This document shows positions 1 to 10,300 of a DNA stretch of 29,101 bases, piece by piece (position 1 is the stretch's first letter; the number at the start of each line of letters is the position of its first letter). A program made the translations under genes and the position numbers. Source of the DNA: Opitutia bacterium (GTDB lineage: Bacteria > Verrucomicrobiota > Verrucomicrobiia > Opitutales > T3Sed10-336); the NCBI GenBank assembly GCA_050506795.1, contig JBJHCF010000055.1, positions 1 through 29,101 of the forward strand, read 5' to 3'. The notes beneath the pieces were generated by a model that made no database searches, had not been told where the DNA came from, and saw nothing but the letters and a program-made list of their open reading frames with translations.

Positions 1-1256
1 TTTGGTCCCCCGAGCGGGGGGGGGGGGGGGGGCGGCGGCGAGCGCCCCCGCAAACGGCCCTGTCATGGCATTTTCAGGTCAGATTGACCCACAGATTCGC
101 CGGAGGACCCAAAAATACTTTTTCTTGCCACTTTCCGAATCGACCATACACACCGCCCACCAGTACCGCCCCTGCCGTTCGTTTCCGTCCCACAGCCAAA
201 CCCGACGACGGCAGGCTCGCACTCGAATCTCTCCCTTTGTTCCCTGGCGAACTGTTATTTTTCGCCACGAACCCGGGGAGATTTCTCCGAAGAGTGTTTC
301 CATCTCGACCGACTCGCCCCGGCCGCGCAACTTCGCGTATTTGCGCCCCCGCTTGTCTCTGCGTCGGGGTAAATACGGTTCGGGATCATCAACGAACACT
401 TTTTGATCGCTGTGTACATCGGCGACAAACACAAGACCCCGGTCCTCTATTGCGCGTAAAAGCCAGGGGGTGTTGCCGTAAAGCGCGTCCAAGCTCACCC
501 AGCCGAAGCTCAAGTTATTCACCAGAGCACCTTCAATCATTTCCCAAGCCAACTGCGGCTTGGTGCGATGCTCTCTACACTCTTCCGGGATTTTGGCCTC
601 GGCACACCTCTTCGGGTCGCCGCTCCAGGATTGTGGTAAAAACAGTCGAAAGTCCACCAACGAACCGTACCGTCCGTCGCTTAGCGCCGCGAAAACGCCC
701 ACCTGGCAATTGTCTACTTTACCATCGCGACCATTCCACTGCCGGTCCACTCCCGCGGATTTTTTCCCTTTCTTGCGGAAGGCGCTTTCGTCGACAATCA
801 AGGCCGAATCCGCCCCTCCAATCGCTTCGCTCACATCAACGCCGACTTGCTTCATCAGAGCTCGATCGTCCCACGGGGAATCCGACAGGAACTGTTGCTG
901 GTTTTGGTATTCATAGCCTTCGACGTACTCCTCCATCCGTTCCATGTTTTTGCGCTCACCCTTCATCAACAAACCCGCAAGATAAGCGCGCGCCTTCTCG
1001 GCCGAGTTATGCCGGGCGACGTTGAAATACGGACGGTAATCCTCGCAAAAAACCATAAACCTTTGTGCAAGACCGAGTAGGGGTCCTCCCACCCCCTCTT
1101 TTTCATGATGATGGTCGGTTTTTCGGGCGGATATTTCAGGTTCTGTCTTTTTCGTGATGCTGGAGTTACAGCTCCACCCGGGACCACAACTCGTTGCCAG
1201 TCAGCTTGAAAGATCGAATGCGAGTGTCAAGAATTTATCTTAACAAAGCAGAACTA
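1..1256 (-). mobile_element. IS701-family insertion sequence; upstream end at about 1256, downstream end outside the window or in degraded sequence
   Basis: Transposase at 79-1092, plus terminal-repeat-like ATCTTAACAAAGCAGAACTA at 1237-1256 that resembles the AATCTGACAAAGTAGAACTA-type ends recalled for IS701 elements. Confidence 0.75.
79..1092 (-). CDS. IS701-family DDE transposase, C-terminally truncated or garbled
   Basis: Motifs ERKNMERM, QQFLSDSPWD, LIVDESAFRKKGKKSAGVDRQWNG..GKVDNCQVGVF, RLFLPQSW, TKPQLA, DALYG; similarity breaks down after KKYF near the poly-G at the window start. Confidence 0.92.
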   Translation of the reverse strand: MGGPLLGLAQRFMVFCEDYRPYFNVARHNSAEKARAYLAGLLMKGERKNMERMEEYVEGYEYQNQQQFLSDSPWDDRALMKQVGVDVSEAIGGADSALIVDESAFRKKGKKSAGVDRQWNGRDGKVDNCQVGVFAALSDGRYGSLVDFRLFLPQSWSGDPKRCAEAKIPEECREHRTKPQLAWEMIEGALVNNLSFGWVSLDALYGNTPWLLRAIEDRGLVFVADVHSDQKVFVDDPEPYLPRRRDKRGRKYAKLRGRGESVEMETLFGEISPGSWRKITVRQGTKGEIRVRACRRRVWLWDGNERQGRYWWAVCMVDSESGKKKYFWVLRRICGSI

Positions 1257-1272
1257 AAACACCTGGTTTTAT

Positions 1273-1447
1273 AGGCATTGCTGCACTGCGGAGGTTCTCA
1301 CACGTAGTCACGCCCTCGACGCGCTCTGGCCGGTGAGAGCTTACGGAGGCCAGTCCGGTTGAACTCTCCGTGTCTCTGTGCCTCCGTGTGAGTCCAATTC
1401 CCGCTGTATTTTTTGCTTCACGAAACAATGAACCGCATTAACCGAGT
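1273..1447 (+). repeat. Left copy of ~175-bp inverted repeat containing a REP-like hairpin
   Basis: Manual ungapped alignment to the reverse complement of 11711-11885: 147/175 identical (129/150 over 1298-1447); internal arms CTCACACG...CGTGTGAG. Confidence 0.95.
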
Positions 1448-1578
1448 GACATTCGAGTTAAACGCGTCACGCAAAGATTGAAGCTCAGCGCGGGGTTATC
1501 TTCATTGGGGTTTTGTTCCGGGGGGCGATCCGGGTGGAATATTCGTTCCGAGCGACTTCCCTGAATTTTTTCCGAACT

Positions 1579-1615
1579 TTTTGTTGACAGCAAAAGAAAT
1601 CTCCGGATTTATCGT
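1579..1615 (+). promoter_or_regulatory. Possible promoter/operator upstream of the toxin cassette
   Basis: TTGACA at 1584-1589 inside imperfect palindrome TTTTGTTG-A-CAGCAAAA, followed by AAATC-TCCG-GATTT; no well-spaced -10 (TATCGT is 20 bp away). Confidence 0.25.
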
Positions 1616-1715
1616 GGCGTTTCCGATCAATACCCTTGTCAAGTTGAACGAATGATTCTGTATCCAGTACCTGGAGACTGTCTGTTCCTGAACCCAAACC
1701 CCAATCAGACCCCAC

Positions 1716-3158
1716 ATGACATCCTGTCCAATACCCTTTACCCGCAAAGCGAACCGTTCCGCCCGTGTGATCCGATGGGCTCTGTTCGCGAGTTTCTTAA
1801 TCTTTGTCGCGGAATCTTTCTCCGCGGCGCCGCCGTTTCTGCGCAACCTCGAAGTCGAGGGAAACCTGACCGTGATCGACGGCCAGGAAACGTTGGATGG
1901 GGTGGTCTTTTATGGGACATTCGACGGGTTTTCGCTGCTTCCCGCAAGTGGACCGGGAACACGCTTCATGTGGTATCCGAGGAAAGCCGCGCTGCGTGCC
2001 GGGCAGGTTGAGGGATCGGAATGGGATGACGCTGAAATCGGCGCGTTCTCGGTGGCCATGGGATTGAATCCGGTTGCCGCCGGCCAAAGCGCCGTCGCAC
2101 TGGGTGAAGGGGTGGACGCGCTCGGCGACGGCAGCGTCGCCCTCGGCTCGCACACCTCGGCTTTGGGAACCGGCGCTTTCGCGGCGGGAATCGACTCGTT
2201 CGCGAACGGTTTCGGTTCGTTTTCCGCCGGTGTGAACGGGTACGTGGCCGGGCCGGGTTCGGCGGCCCTGGGGGACAGCAATACGATTTTGGGCCACAGC
2301 GGCAACTTCGCTTTTGGTTCGGGGAACTTCATTGACGACAGCGGCCGCGCCTTCGCTTTCGGCCATGCCAACACCATCGAGTCGGCTGCCGACGCTGTGG
2401 CGATCGGACGTGAGAATATCGTCGGTGGCGTCTCCGCCATGGCCTTCGGGCGAAACCTGCGAAATTCGGTTTTCTCCTCTCTGGTGGTGGGGAGATACAA
2501 CGAATTGCTGGAAGGGAATGAGGAAGAGTGGGATTTTTCCGACCCGCTCTTTGTGATCGGTAACGGGCTTTCCGATAGTCATCGTTCGAACGCGCTGGTG
2601 ATTCGCAAGAGTGGCGACACCGAAGTGTACGGCGGTCTCAGCGTGAGTGATGACGTGTTGATCTCCGGTGACCTTATCGTCGAAGGAGCGTTTTTGAGTG
2701 ATTTTCATCTGCCGAACGATCTCAATGTATCCGGAACGATTGCGGCCGAAAGCGGGATCACCTCAAAGGGTATGGTGGAAGCGGAAGACCGCATTACTTC
2801 GGTGCAGTCGACGGACGGTGATCTGATGACGGCATTTTCCGGGATCAACTCGACTGAGGCGTCCGGAAGCGGGGTGCGTATCGCGTTGTCGAATTCGCCG
2901 GACTCCGGGGAAACCCCGGAGCCAGGCGCGGCCATAGACGCGGTTTTGCAGTCCGATGGATCCCACGACCTGGTTTTATCCAGTGCTTTGGCCGAGGGGT
3001 TGAATGAGATTCTACGATTGCGGGGAGCCGACCGGAGCGCAGTCATCGAGGGAAATACCTTTATTAACGGTAATCTCGCGATTTCGGGCGAGGTCACAAT
3101 CACCCACGTGCCGCCCCAGGGAGGCATAATGATGGGCGAATTCGGTTTCACGGAATAA
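1716..3158 (+). CDS. Secreted fibre-like protein with YadA-head (Hep_Hag-like) repeats, no beta-barrel anchor, C-terminal PPQGGIMMGEF motif
   Basis: Hydrophobic signal-like N-terminus; GTRFMWYPRKAALRAG..EWD..IG motif; ~14-aa SVAMG/AVALG/SVALG/AFAAG/AFAFG repeats; LFVIGNG..RSNALVIRKSG neck-like segment. Confidence 0.8.
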   Translation: MTSCPIPFTRKANRSARVIRWALFASFLIFVAESFSAAPPFLRNLEVEGNLTVIDGQETLDGVVFYGTFDGFSLLPASGPGTRFMWYPRKAALRAGQVEGSEWDDAEIGAFSVAMGLNPVAAGQSAVALGEGVDALGDGSVALGSHTSALGTGAFAAGIDSFANGFGSFSAGVNGYVAGPGSAALGDSNTILGHSGNFAFGSGNFIDDSGRAFAFGHANTIESAADAVAIGRENIVGGVSAMAFGRNLRNSVFSSLVVGRYNELLEGNEEEWDFSDPLFVIGNGLSDSHRSNALVIRKSGDTEVYGGLSVSDDVLISGDLIVEGAFLSDFHLPNDLNVSGTIAAESGITSKGMVEAEDRITSVQSTDGDLMTAFSGINSTEASGSGVRIALSNSPDSGETPEPGAAIDAVLQSDGSHDLVLSSALAEGLNEILRLRGADRSAVIEGNTFINGNLAISGEVTITHVPPQGGIMMGEFGFTE

Positions 3159-3195
3159 GCGTATCCCCAATCACGATACCCCTGGAGATTTTCGT

Positions 3196-3891
3196 ATGTA
3201 CACACGTGCGCTGTTCTTCTTTGTTCTCGTTGCCGGTTATCCCACTGTGGTTGCGGCAAACCTACCGGCCTGGTGGACGGCTGCCGAAACGCGGATATTG
3301 GAGGATTCGGCCGCACCGATCCCGGTTTCCGAAAACTACGCCCCGCTAAATCTCGGTCAGTTGAAACATGTCGCCTTGCAGGCGCAGGCGCACCTGGAGG
3401 AACACCTTTCCTCCGGCGCCGGTTTTGCCATCGACGAATCCTGGCCCCGGACCCCGACGACGGAGAATTTCGTCCCGGTCAATGTCGGTCAGCTGAAAGC
3501 GATCGCCAAACCGTTTTACGACCGGTTGATCGAGGCCGGTTACGATACGCGGCAAAACCTGATCGATCGGGGATACCCCAAGGACTGGCCGTTCGAGTAT
3601 CCATGGCCTTCGGACGACCCTCTGCAGGAGAACTATGCCCCGGCCAATATCGGTCAACTCAAGCTGGTGTTCAGCTTCGATCTGACCGGTTTTGACGACG
3701 GAGACGACGAGGACAACCCGCTGCCGGAATGGTGGCAACTGGCCTTTTTCGGAACCACGGGAATCGACCCGCACGAGGATGCCGACAACGACGGGCAATC
3801 GAATCTCCAGGAGTACCTGGCGGGCACCGATCCGACCAAACCGGATCATCCCGACGTTTCACTGCAACTGTACCAATCAAACCTTTGGTGA
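3196..3891 (+). CDS. Secreted hypothetical protein with three EN(Y/F)xPxNxGQLK repeats and a C-terminal bacterial TSP3-like Ca-binding repeat
   Basis: Signal peptide MYTRALFFFVLVAGYPTVVA; repeats at 3331, 3463, 3628; LPEWWQ..DADNDGQSNLQEYLAGTDP. Confidence 0.85.
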   Translation: MYTRALFFFVLVAGYPTVVAANLPAWWTAAETRILEDSAAPIPVSENYAPLNLGQLKHVALQAQAHLEEHLSSGAGFAIDESWPRTPTTENFVPVNVGQLKAIAKPFYDRLIEAGYDTRQNLIDRGYPKDWPFEYPWPSDDPLQENYAPANIGQLKLVFSFDLTGFDDGDDEDNPLPEWWQLAFFGTTGIDPHEDADNDGQSNLQEYLAGTDPTKPDHPDVSLQLYQSNLW

Positions 3892-3893
3892 TT

Positions 3894-4307
3894 ATGAATA
3901 CCTTAAAACTCCAAGTATTGACTTGCCTGGCACTGGCGCCGTTTTCCGTGTCGATCACGGCGCCGGGCCAGCCGGATACCGGCGACGGGAAAGACGTCCC
4001 CGCACGGAGAATGGCGTTCCCGGTCCCGGAGCACCTGAGCTCGTCCTTGCCAGGACCGGGTAGAGCCGCGGCCGTGGCGAACCAGCGAGCCCTGGAACGC
4101 GCGGTGAGGTTTCGCCGGGGCACCATCGACTTGGAGCCCTTTCGCGATCCGCCGGCGGGCATTCACCCATTCGAGCGGTTTTCCGTGGAATCGGAGAGCG
4201 GCCGGTCGCGCGAATCGCGAGCCCGCCTCGGTTCCGCCGTTCTCGAGGGCGCGCCCGTCGCGCCTTCGTTTCCTCCGGACCCGCCACCGGCGGTACCGAC
4301 CCGATAA
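3894..4307 (+). CDS. Small Pro-rich secreted hypothetical protein (137 aa)
   Basis: ATG 2 nt after the previous stop; signal-like MNTLKLQVLTCLALAPFSVS; fills the gap before the Rhs gene on the same strand. Confidence 0.55.
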   Translation: MNTLKLQVLTCLALAPFSVSITAPGQPDTGDGKDVPARRMAFPVPEHLSSSLPGPGRAAAVANQRALERAVRFRRGTIDLEPFRDPPAGIHPFERFSVESESGRSRESRARLGSAVLEGAPVAPSFPPDPPPAVPTR

Positions 4308-4350
4308 ACCACATCACCCATTTACCCTGTACCCCAAACCTTCAGACCCC

Positions 4351-7300
4351 ATGTCGAAACCCCTGCTTGTTATCCTCACCGGTTGCCTGATTCATCTCAC
4401 GTTGTTCGCCGGGCAAAGCCTGGAGATCCCCAACATCGAAGCCGCCCAGCGCGCTTTACAGGAGCGCTACATGCGGTTTTACGAAATCGCCGAGGGACTG
4501 GGGTACGACTTGGGCGACGCGCCTCCTCATTTGAGCTTTCCGCGGCGGAGTTTCGATGGCCGTGATCCGGGGCTGTTTCCGGAGGATTGTTTTTACGAAC
4601 CGGATATCTTCGACGAGCACACCGGGCGGGCCGAAACCGAGGTCATTTATAATCTGATCGGCAATCTGATCAATCAACCGCTTCCCGATTGGGATTACTG
4701 GGTTCATCCCTCATGGCACGGCGCCATTGAAGGCAGAGATGCCACCAATGGCAGAATGGGAGTTCTCGGTCCGATTCCGTATCCGGGGAACGTGATGACG
4801 CCGGAAAACTACCTGGACTTCTTCCGCCTGTTCACGGCCAGGTTGAACGAGATGTCGGTGTTGCAGTTTCAGGTCAATACCACCGACCTGTCGGGCGATC
4901 CGCAGGGAGCGCCCATAACCCGAAACGTGGGAATTGGTACCGAAGGATCATGTCCCATGGCCAAACAGGAAGCGTTGAGCGACTTTTTGTCCAATGCACC
5001 GTTTCCGCTGGAGCAACCCGGCACCATCTTCAACCTTGAGCGAACCCAGGGGACCCATTTCCGCTATGTGGAACTCGTCGGTGGGGTGGAAGAGCGTCAT
5101 ACCGCCTACATTCACGGGACCGAAGGAAGGTTTGTCATTGATTACTCGGGGTTCCCGGGGACCGCTGTGGTTTATGGGAGGTTGTACGATGCGGCGTTAA
5201 TCAATCTGGGATTTCCTTCCACGGTGGACCTGGAGGCCGGAGACGCTCCGCATGACGAATACAACCGGTGGTTCAGGCTGGATTCGTTTTCTGGAAGCGA
5301 TCCCGGCCCGTATCTGTCGGTCCCGTTCGCCGAGCACGCCCAAGAGGCGTTTGTGGTGCCGTGCCCGTCCGGCGAATTCCCCGCCAATGGTGAATACTTC
5401 GGTTGGGGAATCGCCGCGAGAGTGGTGGTGACGCCGGAATACGATCATTTTCCTTCCAACGCCCTGGTGACCTGCGGCGAGGCTTGTCTAGGGTGTCAGG
5501 GGGTGGCCGGGTTGTGTTCGGAACTCAAGTTCGGCAGTTTTGACTTTCGTATGGGCCTGGGAAAAGGATCCGAAGGCGATGCCGGTTTTCTCCAGCTTTA
5601 CAACGATACCATCGATCCTCTTTCCGCTTCGCCCTTCGGCTTGAATCTTCACCTGGCCGGCGAGGGAGCAACGGTTCTGCGCGACGGCGATTACGATAAT
5701 GTTTTGCGTCAGGTGGTTTCCGACCAGGTGTTGGTCGATGTCGAAATTGTCGAGCCGTATAGGAGGTACGTGGTGCGTCATTATGTTCGTGATGATGACG
5801 GGGTGGTTGTAGACGGGTTTTATCGGCCCGACCCCGCGGACGCGTTTAAAGAGGTTACGGTTGAGAACCCGCAAGAGCCGCAGTTTCAGGCTGCCGCCAC
5901 CACCGATCTCGCCGCCAGCAGTTTTTTCTTTTTCGCGCCCAACCACGGCATACCCAGCGGAATGTTGTTTCAGGGTTTTGTGGACGGTACCGCAGGCGCT
6001 CTGCCGGAGTTCTGGGTGAACGGACCGTTGAGAAGGGATGAGCTCTACGTGTTGTACGCCTTCGACGCCCACCACCTGACTGTGATGTGGTGGGACGCCG
6101 CCAACGGCTGGTGGGATTTTGATCAAATGGTCGAAGCGGACCCATCCCAGACCCTTCATATCCAAACACCGCAACCCTTCGGCACGTTGACCGTCACCGA
6201 ACGCCGGGGCGGACGGGAGCGGATCATGGAGTACGCGGCTTCAACCGCCAGCCCGGCGACGAACGGGACGTTCGAGCTTTTCGATGTCATGGAGAATAAA
6301 CAACGGCGACATACCCGAACGCGGGTGTTCGATGCCGACGGCGCCTCCTTTATCGATACCCTGGTCAAGACGGACGGGGAGGGTAACCTGATCGAAGAAG
6401 TGGAGAGGCACTACCGGGTCTTCCCCTGGAATCATTTGAGTTTCCCGGCCCGGCAGGACCGGGCGGAGTTGGTGCGGGAGGTGAGGGATCCTCACGGCAA
6501 CCCACGGGTCACGCGGTTTGAGTACTACGACGATCCCGTCGCCGACGGCCAGAACTATGGACGCCTGAAATCCGAGGAGCACCCGGACGGTTTCTGGGCG
6601 GCCTATGACTATGATGCGGAGGGACGCACGGGGAGGGTGTATCGACCCTTTCTGGACAGCGAGCTTTCCCTGACTCCGGCGGGGAATCGAATGGAGGAAA
6701 TCGTTCGCCAGGAGGTGGCGGATCTGGAGGGAACCGGTGTCGAGGGCCGGGTCATTACCACGATCGAATCTATCGACGGCGACGAGGTTTCACGCCGGTA
6801 TCGTCTGGTTTGGTCCGAACCGGTCGACGGATTGTTTCGGGTCGCCACGATTGATGCCGTTTATGAAGGAGCGACCTGGCAGGCATCGGAGAATCGGCGG
6901 ACCGACCGGTGGCGCTTTGCCGATGGGAAGCACCAGGGGGAACTGGCCAGGATTAAACACCCGGATGGCACTATGTCATTCTACGACTACGCCACCAATA
7001 CGGAAACGGGAGAGAAAACCAGGACGGTTCGCCGGGGAGTTCCGAATGGGAACGAGAGCGATGTGATCGATGGAACCGAAACCATCACCGTGATCAATGT
7101 GAAAGGGGGACGCGTGAGCCGGGTCGTTTACGACATCGAAACCGGCATTGTTCTGGAATCGGCCATCACCATGCCCGAGGATTTCGACGAACTCGGTCGG
7201 CCGTTGGTGGTCCTGTTTCATGACGGGACCTTTGAGACCAGGGAATACGAGGACTGCTGCGGCACCGTGACTGTTACCGATCGGAGCGGGTTGACCCGGG

Positions 7301-10300
7301 TGGAACGAACCGAAATGGATGGATCGGTCATGGCGGTCGAGTCCAATGGAATCACTATCCGATATGAGGAAGGCTACCGGTCGAACGATGTGCCCGGCTT
7401 CACCCGATCGACAATCCGCGAAGGGCGCGGCGACGCCGGAACCGTCGTCACGCAAGTCGAGACCTTCGATCCTGCCGGGCGAAGGATTGCCGCGCTTGAT
7501 CCACGTGACGGAATCGACCGTTTGACCCTTTTCGAACAGTCCTTGAACGCGCTGGGACAGGAAGTAAGAACCACGACCCTGGCCGACGGCGCCGTGTCGG
7601 TGGATGTCGTTCACCGCGACGGATTCCCGCGCCTGCACCAATTAAACGGGTTGGACACCGTGCGGTACGAGTACGGCGTGGAGAGCGACACGCATGAGAT
7701 CTTCGATGGAAACGCGTTTGTCAGCCATTCCTTCATGGCCACAGCCGTCAGGGAGATTCGTGTGGGACCCGATGGCGAAGAATCTGAATGGGAGAAACGC
7801 TACCTGGATATGCTCGGACGGGTTTATAAGGTCGAAATACCGGACGCCGAAGGAAACGCGGTGGGCCATTATTCGCGGACCATTTACGACACCCGGGGAT
7901 TTCCCAGGAAAGAAATCGATCCCGACGGGGTAACGACCTTGTACGGTTACAACGATCGTGGTGAATTGGAGTTCACGGTATTGGATCTTGACGGCCGGGA
8001 CGAAATCGACCCGAGCGGCACCCAGCGGATTACCCGGTTCACACAGGAGGTGGTCGATGATCCTGAGCGCGGTGAGATGGTCAGGCGCACGGTAAGCGTC
8101 TGGGAAACAGACCATCAGGATACCGAGACCGTTGTTGCTTTGGCCGAGTCCTCGACCGACGGTCTGCACGTCTGGGAGTCGGTCTACGACCAGCCTCCCA
8201 CGCATATCGAGACCGTCTACGAAGGCGGAGGACGAATCGTCCGGCGGGTCGCTTCGCCCGACGGTTCCGTGGGAACGGTGACCGAAGTCAACGGATTCCT
8301 GGAATCGGAGACCGTCATCCATCCCGCGGAAGAAACCCTGTTGGACCTGACACACACTCCCGATGGATTTGATCGCCGTTCCTCGACCACGGATAGCCTG
8401 CGAGGAACGACAACCACCTACGAGTATTACGACAGCAACCTGCTGCGGAGCGTCACCACACCGGAATCCCAACCGGGCGCCGGAGACGATCGGACTACGG
8501 AGTTTGTCTATGACGTCATGGGTCGCCTCACGACCACCAAATTGCCCAACCAGGCAACCACCGAACGGCGTTATCACGACGATGGCGCCTTGAGGATGGT
8601 ATTCGGTCAGGGCACGAATCCGGTGGAGTACACCTACGACCGGCAGGGAAGACTGCGTTCCATGACCACCTGGCGTGCCTTCGATTACGAGGCGGAGGAA
8701 GGGGTGCCGGGAGAGGGCGCCACCACGGTCTGGAATTACAACGCTCGGGGTTATCTGGAAAGCAAAGCGGACCCCGTCGGGGAAAAAGTCCGGTACACCT
8801 ACACCGCCGGCGGACGAATCCGCACCCGGGATTGGGCGCGGCTGGGAGCGGATGGAATCAATCCGGTGAGAACCGTGTACGGTTACGGACCCGGGGGGAT
8901 CGAAGACGACAGCGTGATCGACGGAAACCTGCGCGGGGTGTTTTATCAGAATGATTCTTCCGGCACTCCGGAGGTGCACTACACCTATTATCGAAGCGGG
9001 CGGGTGGCCACAATCGACGATGGTTCCGGATTCCGTGAATTCGATTACAAATCGGGGCTGCTGCAACGGGAGCACTATCTCACCGGCGGTATGAATTCGC
9101 TCGCCGGGATTTCGATCAACCGTGAGTTCGACCTTCGCCGGCTCCATGGGTTGGAAGTCGAAGGCCCGGCGGGGTCGCTTTATCGGGCCGATTACTCCTA
9201 TGAAAACCAGCCCTATCTAAGGTCCGCGGAATTCCTCGGTCATCGGGTCGTCTACACGAATAATCCGGGAGCTTCGGAAAGGCAGGTGTTGACTTACCAT
9301 AACGGCGAAAGCAATGTCCTTTCCGTGGTTCGCCACTTCGACAACCTCGACCGCCTGACAAAGCAGGAATCCACCATTGCCGGTGGACCGGTTCGCTCGT
9401 ATCGGTACCGGTACACCAACCTGGATCAACGCGACCGCATGACGGCGGAAGACGGCTCGTTCTGGGAGTACGGTTATGACGAACTCGGTCAGGTGGTGAG
9501 CGGAGTGCGGAAACGTCCGGACGCCAATCCGCTTCCCGGTTACGATTACGCCTACACCTTCGACCAGATCGGCAACCGCCTCGAAACTAAAGTCAACGAC
9601 CGGCCCGCGTCGTATACGCCGAACCTCCTCAACCAATATGAAAACCGGGAAGTCCCTAGAGCCCTCGATGTTCTCGGACTGGCTCATCCCGATGCGGCGG
9701 TCACCGTCGACGGTCATCACGCGACACGCGATGGCGAACTCTTCTACCATGCCCTGGACTTGAGTGCGGGGCCGGAATCTGAAAACCCGCAGTGGCTAGG
9801 GTTTTCGGTCACCGGAACCCTTTCCGGCGGCGGGCACAACGACAGCGATCGCGTGGCGGAGGAATCCCGTAGCGCCTACCTGCCCGCCAATCCGGAAACT
9901 TTTCAACACGACGCCGACGGCAACCTGCTGCGGGATGGACGATGGACCTACGCCTGGGACGCGGAAAACCGCTTGATCCGCATGGAATCGACGCCGGAAG
10001 CCGTCACCGCCGGCGCGCGGCATTTGAGGCTGGAATTCGCCTATGACAGCCAGCACCGCCGCATCCGAAAAACGGTGGAGGAATTCGGCGGGGAGTGGTC
10101 CGTCATCGACGACCGCCTTCTTGTTTACGACGGCTGGAACCTGCTCGCCGAGTTGGACGCCACTGCTTCGACGGTGGAGCGCTCCTACCTCTGGGGCCTC
10201 GACCTTTCCGACACTTTCCAGGGCGCGGGTGGAGTCGGCGGCCTACTCATGAACGCGGCCGGCGACGAGATTCATTTCCCGATTTACGACGGCAACGGCA

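Noticed and set aside
1..115. Poly-G tract and odd transposase C-terminus, including an AATCTGAC that might be the IS right end
   Set aside because: Looks like low-quality contig-end sequence; the match to the terminal repeat is only partial and the transposase is incomplete
7642..9147. 501-aa antisense ORF inside the Rhs gene
   Set aside because: Shadow ORF expected from GC-rich codon bias; no recognisable motifs
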